A stretch of 63,664 bases of DNA, the filler included, from Chiloscyllium plagiosum (Eukaryota): assembly GCF_004010195.1 (NCBI RefSeq). It is 4 parts of one record of this genome, joined end to end, with 100 filler letters (N's around TTAATTAATTAA, not from the genome) between each part and the next. Parts side by side here need not be neighbours in the genome. Positions count along the whole stretch, not along the records: positions 28,222 to 51,209 come from NC_057712.1; 3 more parts are not named here. One strand, written 5' to 3'. This document shows, piece by piece, positions 36,941-50,131 of the stretch. Positions within the stretch are counted from its first letter, which is position 1, and each line of letters begins with the position of its first letter. A model generated the notes under the pieces. The model was not told the DNA's origin. It saw nothing but the letters and a program-made list of their open reading frames with translations, and did no database searches. The position numbers and the translations under genes were made by a program.

Positions 36941-39284
36941 TCATCAATTCTCTGTTACTTCTCCAAAAAAACTCAATCAAGTTATTGAACCACCATTTCC
37001 CACGCAGAAAGCCTTGTTTAACTATCCTTAATCAGATTTTGTCTTTCCAAATCCATTAAATTCTGTCCCTCAGGATTCCCTCCAACAACTTGCCCACCAC
37101 AGATGTCAGGCTCACCAGTCTATAGTTCCCTGGCTTTTCCTTACCACCTTTGTTAAATAGTGGTACCACGTAAGTCAACCTCCAGTATTCTGCTGCCTCA
37201 CCTGTGACTATCGATGATACAAATGTCGCAGCAAGGGGCCCAGCAATTACTTCCCTAGCTTTCCTCACAGTTCTAGGTTACACCTGATCAGCTGCTGGGG
37301 ATTTATCCATCTTTATGCATTTTAAGACATCATGCACCTCCTCCTCTATAATATGGACATTTTCCAAGGTGTCACTATTTATTTCCCCATATTCTATTTC
37401 TTCCGTATCCTTCTCCACAGGAAACATTGATGCAAAATACTCGTCTAGTATCTCCACTATCACCTGTGGTTTCACACAGGCAGCCTTAATGATCTTTAAG
37501 GGGCCCCATTCTCTCCCTAGTTACCCTTTTGTCATTAATGTATTGATAAAATCCCTTTGGATTCTCCTTAACCCTATTTGCCAAAGCTGTCTCATGCCCC
37601 CTTTTTGCCCCCTTGATTTCCCTCTTAGGTATACCCCTACTGCCATATAGTCTTAGGATTCATTCAATCTCTCCTGTCTATACCTGACATATGCTTCCTT
37701 CATTTTCTTAACCAAACCCTCAATTTCACTCGTCATCCATCATTCTCGACACTGACCAGTCTTGCCTTTCACAAACAGGAACATAGTCTCTGGACTTTTT
37801 CATTTTTGAAGGCTTCCTATTTTCCAGCCGTCCCTTTATCTGCTAACATCTGCACCCAATCAGCTTTTGAAAGTTCTTGCCTATTACTGTCAAAATTAGC
37901 CTTCCTTCAATTTAGAACTTCAACTGTTAGGTCTGATCTATCATTTTCCATCGCTATTTTAAAACAAATAGAATTATGGTCACTGGCCCCAAAGTGCTCC
38001 CCCACTGACACCTCAGTCACCTGCCCTGCCTTATTTCCCAAGAGTAGGTCAGGTTTTGCACCTTCCCTAGTAGGTACATCCATATATTGAATCAAAAAAT
38101 GTACTTGAACACACTTAAATTCCTCTCCATCCAAGCCCTTAACACTATGCAGTCCTAGTCTGTTTGGATAGTTAAAATCCCCACCATTATCACCCAATTA
38201 TTCTTAGAGATAACTGTCATTTCCTTACAAATTTGTTTCCCAATTTCTTCACTGACTACTGATGGGGGGGCAATAGTACAATCCCAATAATTGTGATCAT
38301 TCCTTTCTTATTTCTCAGTTCCATCCAATCCACTTCCCTGGATGCATTTCCAGCTACATCCTCCCTAAGTACAGCTGTAATGTTATTGCCAGTCAAAAAC
38401 TCTCCTCCCTTGCACCCCACTCCTCCCCCACCTCCTCCCTCCCCAACACTTCCTATAGTATCTATATCCTGGAACATAGAACCACCAGTCCTGTCCATCC
38501 CTTAGCCATGTCTCTAAATGCTATGATATCCGAGTCCCATGTTCCCAACCATGCCCTGAGGTCATCTGTCTTACCTGTTAAGCCCCGTACATTGAAATAA
38601 ATAGTTTAATTTATCTCTGCTTTGTCCCTGACTGTTTGACTCACTCATTTTCCCAACTGTCCCAGTCTCAGACTGACCACTTTTCTCACTATCTCCCTGG
38701 GTCCCACACCCCCATCTTATTAGTTTAAATCCTTCTGAGCAGCTCTCGTAAATCTCCCCACCCGTATACTAGTTCTCTTCCAATTGAGGTGCAATGCATC
38801 TTTCTTCTACAGGTCACTTCTATCCCAGAAAAGATTCCAATGCTGCAAAAATGTGAATCCTTCTCCCCTGCACTAGCTCCTCAGCCATGCATTCATCTTC
38901 TCTATCCTCCTATTCCCACTCTCACTAGCTCATGGCACCGGGAGTAATTCAGATATTACTACCCTCGAGGACCTCCTTTTTAAAATTCCTGCCTAACTTT
39001 CCATATTCTCCCTTCAGAATCTCATCCTTTTCTCTTCATAGGTCATTAGTCCCAAAGTGTACAATGACTTCCTGCTGGTCCCTCTCCCATTTGAGAATTT
39101 TACCCCCATGAGGCACTGTAACCAGAATGCTATAACAACTTTAAAAAAATTTTCACTACATCTTTCAACAGAATTGTTTTATTATATTTGGATTAGATAC
39201 TGAGCCGTATGGTTTTAGGGATACACACTTCTTTTCCTCAATCATATATGACACTTTATAAATACAAATCCAAACTTTGCTTAC

Positions 39285-39387
39285 CTTTCACATCTGTTCC
39301 CAATCGTTTTCCTTCATTTAACTGTCTGAAGCTTCTCTGCAGTGAGCTTTTGGCAGTTTCCTTCAAAGGTCCATCTGGACCAGATGC
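39285..39387 (-). CDS. LAMA2: Laminin alpha-2 coding exon (103 nt, phase 0/1)
   Basis: taatcag|GCA...AAA G|gtaagc. ASGPDGPLKETAKSSLQRSFRQLNEGKRLGTDVK vs human ATGPRGLLKEDAKGCLQKSFRILNEAKKLANDVK. Confidence 0.95.
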
Positions 39388-42055
39388 CTGATTAAATAAC
39401 AGCATTTTTTAAACTATTACATAAACAATGCAATATTTATACTTTAATGATTACACCACTGTCTAACAATGTCCTGTTATTTATCAGAACAAAATTGAGA
39501 CAGAAGAGAAAACAAAAACTGCCTTCAACTATTTCTAAGTATACCTTGAGGAAGATCACACAATTTCATCAATTATTGGGATGAAATTCATTTCTAGCAA
39601 CCTGTGAGAATGTAGCCTTCAGGGTAAACTCAGCTCTGTCACAACTCACTGGGATAGTGCACTGGAAATCAACCCCAGTATCCTCACAGTGCTCACAAAT
39701 ATTAAAATTGAACTAAATCACCAAAATGCCCAGTTTTACTGACCTGTCTAATTCAGGTTTAAAAAAAGACACACCACATTTTCTACAAACAAGGAAATAA
39801 CTATTTATTGTAAGCAAACTGATTTTTTTAACTAATGATAAAAAAGGCATGTTGATTTGTTCATCTATAACACTATAAATCTACTCCTTTCTTAAAATTC
39901 CTGTATACATTCAATTGTACACATGAAGAGACAAAGCAAGCAACAAATAGTTTGGATGAGGGAGGGAAAAAACAAGCAGTTTCTTTCATACTTTTCAATT
40001 GTCCAGGTTATAGTTTAGGGTTGGATGTGAACTATATGAATCAGGCAGATCACCCTTTGAATGGCATAGTTCTGGATCACAGACAGCAATGAGTCGTTTT
40101 CCTTCAGCTCACCTTTGACTTCTTTTAATTATTGGATAATGACATGAGGTTGTGGATGCAGTGGTTCTCAGTCTTCCATTCACTGAGGACTCACTCTTTT
40201 AGTGCCTTTGAAAGTAGTTTCTCCCGTTTTCCTTTCAACAGAGAATTGCAAAGAGAGGGGAGGGAGAATAGCTAGTTAAGAGGAATTTTCTTTTGCTTCT
40301 TTGCACAGAAGAGGAAGGTTGGGCATGGGTGGGGGAGGGGAAATGGGTGAAGTGAGGCAGTATCTTTCTCCTGCATTTTCTCCACTGAGGGCTGTATCCA
40401 CCTGGCCAGGAACCAGTCAGGCATTTGTTACTATAGTAGGCCTTCCTAAGCCCAGAACAACAACTGATTCAAAAAACTCTCAAAAGACTATCTCTCGCCG
40501 AGATTACACACAGACAGTGTAATTCTGTCAGGGATGCTCTTTCACTGTTCGAATAAGGCAATGTTGTAGATTACAATGTATTCCAGTAACTTGTTTTAGA
40601 ACCATTTTTAGTTCGCAGTCCAAAAACATAAAAGTGGTCTTTATAATTCCAAGCGTGATACATTTGACTGTTTCAAAATGTTAGTGACTTTCAATTCTGC
40701 TCAGCTATGGGCAAGGAGTTTATTGCAAGGTTTTCAATGGTTCATTCAGACTAGATCAGGGTCACTGCAGAGGTGTTCAAAGTTTACAGGCAATTGGAGA
40801 AAAAAGACAATTAAGAACAGAAATGTTAGGAGTGCTGCATAGAGTGTGAGGCTGGGAAGGCAGCTATCCTACACTGGGACTGAGGGAATCAAGAGCAATT
40901 GGATGGCACCATGTTGTTGGAACTCAGGGGGAATTTCTCAGAATAAATAGGCAGCTAAATGCAGAAGATAACTCAGAAGTAGCTCTCAGGAGCTGAGAAA
41001 GTGGGAAGGTTGTTAACTCTGTACGGGGACATGCCTTGAGGGGCTTAGAAGAAGCATGTGAGCATGAATCCTTCAGTGCACTGAGATGATAGAGGTTGAA
41101 AAAAATTAACTAGTGGTTTTTACTTGAGGCAATTGATTACAAACCGAAAAAAATCCAGGGGGAGACTGGCGTGGAGATGCCTGAAGTTAGTGAGGAAATG
41201 AAGTTATGCTCATAAACAGCTAGTAGAGGACAGGTGTAGGGTCCAAAGACCTGGGAAAGAAGAGTGATTGATGAGAGCAGGAGCAATCATTAAGGCAGTC
41301 CATGCTGGAAAAGAAGTTTCAAGACCAGATTAGCAAACGTGATTTACTTATTTATTTTTTAAACTATTCATTCATCAATCCATCTATTTATTGATTGATT
41401 GATTATTATGAATTGTGGTCCCTTATGAAATTTTAAGATAATTCAACATTCCTTCCTGACATTTCATTTGGCGGTTATTGCTGAAACATTTGTGATTCTC
41501 TCTTTATCAGATTTACTATCTAACATGCATTGTGTGGTACTCAAGGAAGTTTATTACCAAAATTTACCACATGTTAGTACTGGATGTCAGAAATAAGTCC
41601 TACAGGTGTTGTAGAATGCATTTCTGTTCTGATGTCATAAAGTTTATTGTTGCTACTTCAAACACCATGCACTCTGGTGAATATGTTGCTTCACACCACT
41701 TTGACTAAAACTAGCTGATCTTAGTCTATGAAAGTGTTGAGAGACCCTTAATCAGAGTCAATAACTATCTCATGTTGCTGATTGTATCTTATTTGTTGTT
41801 CCACTTGTTTATTGTGGAAACACGAGAAAGCCATTCAGTCCCTGAAGCCGTGCTACCATTGAACTAAATGATGATTAATCTGCGCTTCAAGCGTGAAAAC
41901 ATTCCTACCTTGGAATGTGCATTTCTATTTCTGTTGGGCAAGTAGATTTTATTCTGTGTTTAATTAATCATGTCACTCAGTAGAGAAACAGTGAAATAAG
42001 TGACTCTAAAGTGGTACATATTGGTACAATTCAAAAATGATCAAAATTCATAATA

Positions 42056-42361
42056 CAGGTAGAAGATCCTTTATCCGATCATCCAAAAACCGAAAAGCTC
42101 CGAAATCCGGAGGTTTTTTTGTGAAGTTTTTTTTCTCATTAGCAAGGCAAGCAAACAGTTAACCCAAGTCAATACCCATTCGATGTGTGTCACTCAGATG
42201 CAACGTGGGGGGGCTGTGGCCAAGCACGTTCTTAGTTAGAAGTCTGCTTCTCCGGTAAGATTTTTAAAAATTTCACTCTGTTAAACTGTCACATTCTGAA
42301 AACCAAAAAATTTTGAATTCCGAAAAACAGTTGGTCCCAAGCATTTCGGATATTCTACCTG
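42056..42361. mobile_element. Tigger4/MER46-like MITE
   Basis: TIRs CAGGTAGAA / TTCTACCTG, TA TSDs at 42054-55 and 42362-63, subterminal GGTCCCAAGCATTTCGGATA; lies 36 nt into the intron after the 42398 exon. Confidence 0.85.
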
Positions 42362-42397
42362 TAGTTCTTTATGTTACAAGGCACCCTTCTTCCTTAC

Positions 42398-42536
42398 CAG
42401 TCTCACAGCTTGATTGGCTGTTTCCTTGGCTTCTTTTGCAACTTTTTCAGCTTCATCAATTTTATCTTTAATATTAGTATAAGCCCTGAAGGCTGCTGTT
42501 GCATTAAAGGATAGATTCTTGGCTTCAGCAAGGATA
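42398..42536 (-). CDS. LAMA2: Laminin alpha-2 coding exon (139 nt, phase 2/0)
   Basis: aaccag|T ATC...CTG|gtaagg. ILAEAKNLSFNATAAFRAYTNIKDKIDEAEKVAKEAKETANQAVRL vs human ILDEAKNISFNATAAFKAYSNIKDYIDEAEKVAKEAK. Confidence 0.97.
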
Positions 42537-42889
42537 CTGGTTTGTAAGAGATAAACAGAGGCAATGAGAAGCAACTTCGAACATCTTTACATTTGCAAGT
42601 ACTTTAACAAAGTGTTGAGCATGTTGTTCCCTCTAATCAAATTAGCTGAATTAGTTATACCTGATTTGACTTGCTTTTTTTCCTGCCTTTGCAGGGAATA
42701 ACTGCATAGCTCGACAGCAAAGATGATGAGGCAGACTACCAAAGGAGCCAATCCTAGACAATTACCTTGCAAGTATTGTTCCTGATAGGGACTGTCCTGT
42801 ACCAAGGTGCTAAAGCCATTGGGCTATGGTAGACAGTTCAGCAAACTGGGACTCTAATATGTATTTCTGTGACTGTATGGAACTATACA

Positions 42890-43125
42890 CAATGCTAAAT
42901 GCAGAAAATAGTGGGAAGATGCAGCAGGTCTACCCAAAAACAGGAAGTCGATCATCGCATTGCAGATGCTGGAAATTTGGCTAAGGTTAGAAGGTCTGGC
43001 AGCACCTGGGGACAGAGGAATTGAACTAACATTTCTGGGTTATTACCTTGCATCAGAACTTCATTCTTCATTAGAACATTCATTCTCATGAAATATCTCC
43101 TCCAGAACGGTTAAACCGCATTTTC
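42890..43125 (-). mobile_element. Old degenerate PLE pLTR remnant
   Basis: GCAGATGCTGGAAA..GGTCTGGCAGCA motif; decayed HHR core on minus (CTGATGC..GAAATGTT). Confidence 0.45.
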
Positions 43126-44915
43126 TTCTTTTAGATTTATTGGGCTAAAAATTATGGTGCGGAAAACATTGTCAGAAATTGACCAGCGAAGAATCAGTCC
43201 AGCCTGCAGCAAAAACAGGCAGAGAGTGGTGTTCTGAGATTAAAAGTGGCATCTTGGCCTCCCACTTCCACCAGTAGGAGTTGTTTGGCCAATCTGTTTG
43301 GCTGCCAGCTCCAACATTGCCAGCAGCAGCAGCAGTACTCGGTACAGGGGGCTGTAGGCAAGACCATGAAGAACACACCTACAGAGCCCAAGTGAGCTCA
43401 GTCAAGGATATTGGGCAGGGAAGGTTTGCCCACTCTTAGAGTGATGTTGGTGGAGAGGAAATAGAGGTGGATTTTGAAGTATAGGTGAGTAGAAAGGAAA
43501 GGTGTTTCTATCTTCTCAGGTTGGATTCTAACGGGAAATGTCTGCCAGTGTCCCTATTGCTGAAACCGCACCTGGCCGGAACACACAATGTTTAGCCATG
43601 GAGACAGTTCCCCACTGTCTTGCTGTCAGTGTAGAACACTATCCACCAGCAGCACATATCTTAAACTTGGGTAAAATCTGGGCAGAACTCTGTCACTTAA
43701 GCAATGATTAGAAAATCATGGGCAATTTCTTCCTAATTTCTGTTCTGTATTATCAATGGTTAAATCTTCCACTGTTGGCCAAAATCAGAAGTTAAAGCCT
43801 ATTGTTTATTTGCAGCATGCATTGTTCTACTTTAATATATAATAATGTGTGTTTAAAGCAGTCACAACCTTTTCAAATAATTTTAAATACTTGTGTTCTT
43901 TTCTTTGAATTTTCAAGACTGTGAAAACTTAATCAACTCAGTTACTTGAAAGTGTGAACTGATTTTCCTCTCTCTCAGTAAAGTTAAATAGACGGACCCT
44001 TATCAAGCTTATTTCAAAACTCATTTTTAAAAAAAGCTTTTGGTCTCTCAATTCTCATCTTCTGTGCATCTCCTCCTTGTCATCCCACCATTGAACTCCC
44101 TCCATTAACTTCTGTCACTGCATTATTGCATCCCTCCCACCTAAGACTTCTCAAAATCAACCTCATTGACCAATTTACTAATCACATCTTCCAATATTGT
44201 CATGTGTGTCGTGGAATCCATTTTAGTCCAATTAAATAAGACAGACTTTAAAACTGCCATTGGGGCTAATCCTGTTTTGAATGCAATTTGAAAATTATGG
44301 TTCAGTGGGTCACCTCAGGACCATGATGCCTCAGAATATTTGGAATTTACAACAGTCTGAGGGAGGAATGGGAATCCTGGTCACCTGCAATTACTGGTCC
44401 ATTAAACCTCTTAAGCTTATTAGTGTCCATCTAATGGAGAATGTGATTGTTAATCTTTATTTCTGTCCACATGAACAGTCTGGTGCATATCAACACTCAA
44501 CAGTTGCATTTATTACAAGGATATCACAAAGTTAATCTGACTTTATAGAAGAGTGAATTTTGATAGGCCCATTGTGTTGGGTCCAGAATTACACCATTTT
44601 GGTGTTTGTATGGCCACTTTCATCAACACTCCTCTTCCTGACCTCCTCCTCTATATAAAGTGGTAGAGGCAAGCCTCAACAAGCCCTTTCGCAGCTCCTA
44701 CCTCCTGGAGGCACATGGCAACTCTAACTGGATGCTGAGCTCAAGTTCTCCCCAATCAGCCTATTTACTTTTAAAAACAGTATCACAGATTTGGGGACCC
44801 TGAATTCATCCAGGTGTCAGGTCTTGACCCTATTTTGAAAATCTGGTTCCCTTTCTCTGAAGCACCTTGACTTGCTTCTTACCCTTCTTAAAAAGGTACA
44901 ATATAAATGTTGTCA

Positions 44916-45128
44916 GCGTGCTTTGAGAAGATTTGTGGCAGGTTGAGGTTCTGGATATAGGTTTGCTCGCTGAGCTGGAAGGTTCATGTTCAGACATTTC
45001 ATCACCATACTAGATAAACATCTTCAGTGAGTCTCCAGAAGAAGCATTGCTAATGATTCATCATTACCTAGTATGGGGACATAATGTCTGAACATGAGCC
45101 CTCCAGCTCAGCGAGCAAACTTACATCC
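44916..45128. mobile_element. Foldback PLE family B pLTR mini-element with 13-bp TSD, adjacent to a LAMA2 splice donor
   Basis: ATAAATGTTGTCA at 44903-15 and 45129-41; opposed arms (GTTTGCTCGCTGAGCTGGA / TCCAGCTCAGCGAGCAAAC); HHR core on the minus strand. Confidence 0.88.
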
Positions 45129-45150
45129 ATAAATGTTGTCATTAACGTAC

Positions 45151-45311
45151 CCATCCAGGATTCCAGATGAGTCATTAAGTACTGCAGCATGATACTCTGC
45201 TCTAAGGACTAGGTCTGGAAGTTTCTCATCATGAATGCCAGCTGCCAGTTCATCCATTTTGTCTTTTAGCTCTGCAATTAATGGCTCTAAATGTTCTTGT
45301 TCTTCAAGCTC
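45151..45311 (-). CDS. LAMA2: Laminin alpha-2 coding exon (161 nt, phase 0/2)
   Basis: ttcacag|GAG...GAT GG|gtacgt. ELEEQEHLEPLIAELKDKMDELAAGIHDEKLPDLVLRAEYHAAVLNDSSGILDG vs human ..AESHAAQLNDSSAVLDG; one codon shorter than the recalled human exon. Confidence 0.95.
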
Positions 45312-45474
45312 CTGTGAACCAATATAGAAATGTGCTTAAAACAACAGATAATTTGTTACCGTTTTTACTCATTATTTTCCAAGTGCTGAAAAAATCTAGG
45401 TACATTTCACGGAGAAAATTAAATCAAAATACACAGTAATATTTACATTGTGAGTAAAATTCTTGAGGTGTTTG

Positions 45475-45998
45475 GAGATCACAAGCAAAATGGTTATGTT
45501 ACTGAATAAGTAATCCAGAGGTCTGGACTAACCATTCATCAACTGGTAAAGAGGCATTCATTTCAAATACAACCAGATGGAGCCTTTGAATTCAGTTAAA
45601 CAAACAAATCTGGAATAATAAACTAGCAGCTTTAATAGTGACTGTGAAACAACTAAACTGTTAAACCCTCCCTGGCTCACAATTGGGTTTTAGGCAAGGA
45701 AGTATGCTGTCCTTAACTTGCACACAAGGAAAAACCATTTAAACTGGCAAATGAGACAGCCTAGTCAACTCCGCCCATACGTTCAAAATTCAACTCTGGT
45801 ATGACCAGTACACAAATTTCCAAGTATTTTACTGCTTTTGTTCCCATCTTCTTTGTGATTATGGATCCACTGCAATGTGGAAACTCTTAGCAAGGTCACT
45901 CAGTCTCAAGAAGGCAGCTTACGCCCTCTCAAGGACAGTACAATGGACAATGAATGTTGAGTTTGCCAGTGATGTGTGTATTCCATTACTGAATGAAA
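45475..45998 (+). mobile_element. Degenerate SacSINE1/Deu-SINE-like element with internal insertion
   Basis: AGTAATCCAGAG head, TTTGAATTCAG..AATCTGGAAT body, tail GGACAATGAATGTTG..GCCAGTGATG..GAATGAA; homologous to 17065-17423. Confidence 0.55.
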
Positions 45999-46610
45999 TA
46001 TGCACACAATATATGCACAGATTTTAGAGATTTACAAGGTCTGTACTGTCAGTTCCCTAAAAGCTGGTTTCAGAGAAGTGAAAATAAATGTTTTGTATCT
46101 CTGGTAACAAAATATAAATCATTTTAATGTTTGGTCATACATGAATTGCTCATTGTCTTCCTTTGAAAATATAAATCCCTGGCATTTACTTCACAAAAAT
46201 AGATTCCAACAAAGGGGCATGATAATCTACTGAAAGAGCTATGTACCCACCTGTGTCATATTCTTAAGTTATTCTTGGTATCACGTTTATGGCTCAGCAC
46301 TATAAAGCTAGAGGGCACTTGAAGCAGGTACGTTTTATAGAACTCCCCATGCTGTCGCATGAATGAAGAATATTACAAACAACCTGAATCATATCAATCT
46401 AGACTTATGAGTCATAATCGCCATGGGTAAAATTGTCTTGTATTGTTCTGAAAGTTAAATCGTTTATTCTCTCAACTGATTAATGCTGAGAAACCTATGC
46501 ATATTCTCTAATTGTTTATATTATGTTCATGTAATAACTATGCACTGCCATTATGCAGTTAAGTTGCATTAATCATTATTAATTTATCCTATTAATTTTT
46601 TATTACTTAC

Positions 46611-46727
46611 ATCTAATCCCAAAGAAATTTCTCCCAAAAGCTGCTTCGCTTCAGCTATAAGATAATGACCTTCGTTAAGGACATCTTCTGTATCCTTTTT
46701 ACCACCCTCAACTGCCTGTTTCCTCAT
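46611..46727 (-). CDS. LAMA2: Laminin alpha-2 coding exon (117 nt, phase 0/0)
   Basis: aattcag|ATG...GAT|gtaagt. MRKQAVEGGKKDTEDVLNEGHYLIAEAKQLLGEISLGLD vs human KKKEAVESGKRQIENTLKEGNDILDEANRLADEINSIID. Confidence 0.95.
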
Positions 46728-46959
46728 CTGAATTCAAATAATAGGAAGGAAGAAATCAGCTGTTACAACATGAAAAAAATACATTCATTGTTTTACATAC
46801 ATTTCAGCCCTATGAGCATTTTACACATGGAACTAGTAACTATTCCAGCTGGAAAACAATACTTTGAGGCATAAAAATGTAACAGAGGCAATCTCCACAC
46901 TCTCAAGTCTATCAGAACAACACAAATAAACAATATCTGACATCTACTGGACTGGAATT

Positions 46960-47443
46960 ATCTGAGGTAGAGGATGGTCAGTGACCCGGTGTGAGGCAGG
47001 GAACGACCAACAATCTGGAGTGGAGTGGGGATGGGGTGGTTTCGGCTAGGAGGCAAGGTGGAGGGCANNNNNNNNNNNNNNNNNNNNNNNNNNNNNNNNN
47101 NNNNNNGGGTGGAGGTTACAGCCCACGGGTGTGCTGCTACCTAGTCTCCTGAAGGGGGAGCAGACTTAGCAAGTGCTCACTGTGTCATTCCCATTGTACT
47201 GACAGGAGTGAGGGCGGTGGGGAGACATCAGCAAAGCTGCAGATCCCTCAAACACAAGTGTATGTCTGCTCAGAAACAAACCCTGAGACAGAGAGAGGGA
47301 GCAAGGCAGGCAGAGCGAGGAAAAGGGAAACTTCCAAAAACTCCAAGCCCCAGCGAAGTGGCATTGAATGAATTAACCGAATAATCAATTATCCAAATAA
47401 AATACTGCCCACCCATCTCGTTTGGATAATCAAGGTTCCTCTG
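46960..47443. mobile_element. Second, partial copy of the Tigger-type element at 35502-36198 (contains a 39-N gap)
   Basis: Shares GTGTGCTGCT..AGTCTCCTGAA.GGGGAGCAG and the right end ..GGATAATCAAGGTTCCTCTG. Confidence 0.7.
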
Positions 47444-47639
47444 CATATCCATAATGTAATATGACCTTTTGCTGTATTTTCTCTTTTTTTTGTACCTAAG
47501 GTTTGTACCTCTGTACTTTGTACCTAAGATGGTGCCATGTGCTGGTGACATTGTACACTTTTCACCATACTCCTGTTCTTCTGTAATTGAGTACATGTGA
47601 TAATAAACCTAATTTTAAATATAAATTCTAAGTAATGTC

Positions 47640-49830
47640 TGAAATGCTTCCTTCCTTCTTTAGGAGGAAAATGCATACAACCAGAATATACCTACATGCA
47701 GGCTGTGGGTGGGTTGAGATGCCTGACCTCTGACACCTTTTGAGGAGCTGTCCATCAAACTGGCAGAAGAGCAAGGAGAGTCTGACTATGTTAAAAGGGA
47801 GTTTGGATATCGACAACCATCGAGTAAGAAAGCTTCTAAGCAACCACATCCAATAGCGCATCACGTATCAGTCTCAATAAAACCTTAGTAAAGTGGGTAG
47901 CTTCCAACAACAGCAAGTCTTTTTTTTTATGCAGCCTCTGAATCTCACTCTCAATGCAAACAAAACAAATAGCTCCAGCAGCCAGGTCCATATCTATTGG
48001 CACTCGGCCTACATCTCTGAGGAAAAATAATCATAAGCTCGAGACACCCCACCCTCCCTCAAGGTAAAGACATTCATTTTGCTCCTATCCTATCTCACGT
48101 AGGCTGAAGTGAGCACAGCACTGACATGGACCCGCAGTGAGAGGAGACAGAAAATGCTGAGGTCTCTGACATTCAAAAGGCTGGTGCTGAACAAGCCACT
48201 GCACAGCCCAGTGCGGAATATGGGCCTCTGGATTCAGCCATGAATGAGCTGGTGGTGACGCAGGGCTAAGCAGGAGCACGTCTCTCAGAGGTGCCAGAGA
48301 TCATGCACAGACTACAGTGAAGGGTATAGCAGCGTCCCAAGTTCTGTCTGATATTGGGTTCCAGCAAGCAAGCGCATGACTGCCTCCAGGAACTGAGTGG
48401 AGATCAGGTCCAGCAGAATAGTGAGTTTCAGCCGGATAAGCATGGAACTTTCACTTTATCACCCAAAGCGGTGAACATATTCATTCACTGGCTCATCAAA
48501 AGTGGGAAAACTGGGCCTCGACCGCACTCCAGCTGCCCCATTCCTCAATGGGTGAGGGAAATGCCCTGGTATGCCAACAGGGAGGAGAAGCAACAAACAG
48601 GCAACCGGGAATTGTTATCTCAGGGCATTCTCTGCCAGACCAACACATCCCTATATCAGGTCAGCCTGAGAAGGTTGCCACGACACCAAGGCAGGTGTAT
48701 ATTGTTCATGATCAGCTTTGATTGCCTCAGTTGCACATGTTGGCATTGTATAGGAATGTATACTAACAAATCTGGAGTCCCTCCTACTTGCACTGTGCGT
48801 TATTTGACAGACCATCTTTGGGAAACAATTTTGAAAAAGATGATGGTTTTAAAACCTTACCTTCAACTCTTTCACCCTCTTTCTCCCCAGAACTAAAGAT
48901 GGTCTTCTCTTTCCTCTGGGATTCCCTCTGTCCTTCTTCAATCTCCTTATAACCATGGGTCTCCACCAAACTTATTGTTCTTTCTCCACTCTCATTCCCA
49001 CTTAAATCTCCATGCCCAGCCTCACCATGTCCTTCACTCCTTAGACTTGTCTTCCCTTCCCAAGATTAACCAATTGTGTTCCTCAATGAGATCCGTAGCT
49101 CCTACCCTTCCTTGTCCCTTTCAGTGTGATTCTCCCCTCTGCTTCTCAATTTCTGGACCTCAGTTCCTACTGATCCTTCCAATGTCCAGCAATACTCATG
49201 CAGTCTAAGTTCCATCCCATCTGTTCCTTTCTACTCAGTCCAACCTTATCTGTCAAGCCTCTTTTCAAGAGAGTCTTCTCTTTAGTATTGCCCTCTTTTA
49301 TTTCAGACTCCCTTACTGTTGAGCCCCATGTGTCTTCCCCAGTGATGTTAGCTGAAGCATCCATCAGTGTGGGCTTCCCTTGCTTGGGATACAGGGCCCT
49401 ATCAGCCTTCTTCCTATACACCGTCAGTGTTTAACTACAACAAGCAAGTCTTCCCATGAGCTGGGTGGCCCGTTGAACCTTCACTCATTACACTGCAAGG
49501 ATTTGCACAAACAACTTGGTTATGAAGGAACCAAGTTACTTCAATTTACTGAAGGAACTATCTTATTCTCTCCAGAGCTTGGAAGAAAAGGTCTACCTTA
49601 TCTGATATTTACCTCATGTATATAGTCAGGTTTGTGAACACATTGTTCCCCACTTTTACATAACCAAATTGCACCCTTGAAAGTAATTCCAGCAGGCTGT
49701 TAAACAGTATTCACAACAGGCTGATGAATGTAAAAGAGTTTCCCAAACACACAGGATGGGCAGAGGACTGGTTTAACAGGTTCTGAAAACTTAATGGAAA
49801 ACTTTAACTACTAAATCTTTGCCCCCTGTT
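47640..49830 (+). mobile_element. Possible decayed Harbinger (HARBI1-like) transposase region
   Basis: Patchy resemblance by eye to FxTGS, CTHV and L.YSPE motifs at ~48480, ~48730 and ~49560; no intact ORF. Confidence 0.3.
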
Positions 49831-50131
49831 CAATTAATTTCTCTGGCCTGCCCTTCTAAAAATACTGGATGGGCACAGGAGTTTCCACCCATTGTCTCAA
49901 AGGTGCACTTAGTTACCACCTTTCATGTAGAAACTGTCCGTAGTTGCTTTCAGGAGGGGTGAAGGCCATGGTAGGTAATGGTATGTATGAATATCAAGCT
50001 ATGGACAGTAAGAAAAAATTACCAAAACGTTGGTTGAAATGATAGGATTGGAGAAGGTAGCAAAAGGATGCAATGAAATTGCACTCGTGAAATGGGTTCA
50101 GGAAACTCAGCTGAATGTAATAATTGTCTAC

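Larger units (their letters stand above)
34146..39100 (-). mobile_element. Long decayed CR1 LINE (ORF1 esterase, endonuclease, RT, 3' tail), split at 35302/36941 by a Penelope insertion
   Basis: KPGNYRLVSLTSVVGKLLE, GASDHNSI, LVRPLLEY, RDLRGNFSTQRVV; 3' tail TAGAGTCATAGAG at ~34146. Joining ..GCTCTGCCC|TCATCAAT.. restores the LINE. Confidence 0.92.

Noticed and set aside
39600..40650. Possible LTR remnants (also 50420-50830) and Harbinger-type MITEs (43142-43683, 44262-44852)
   Set aside because: Only compositional or weak TIR hints; no TSDs or diagnostic motifs that I could confirm without a repeat library.
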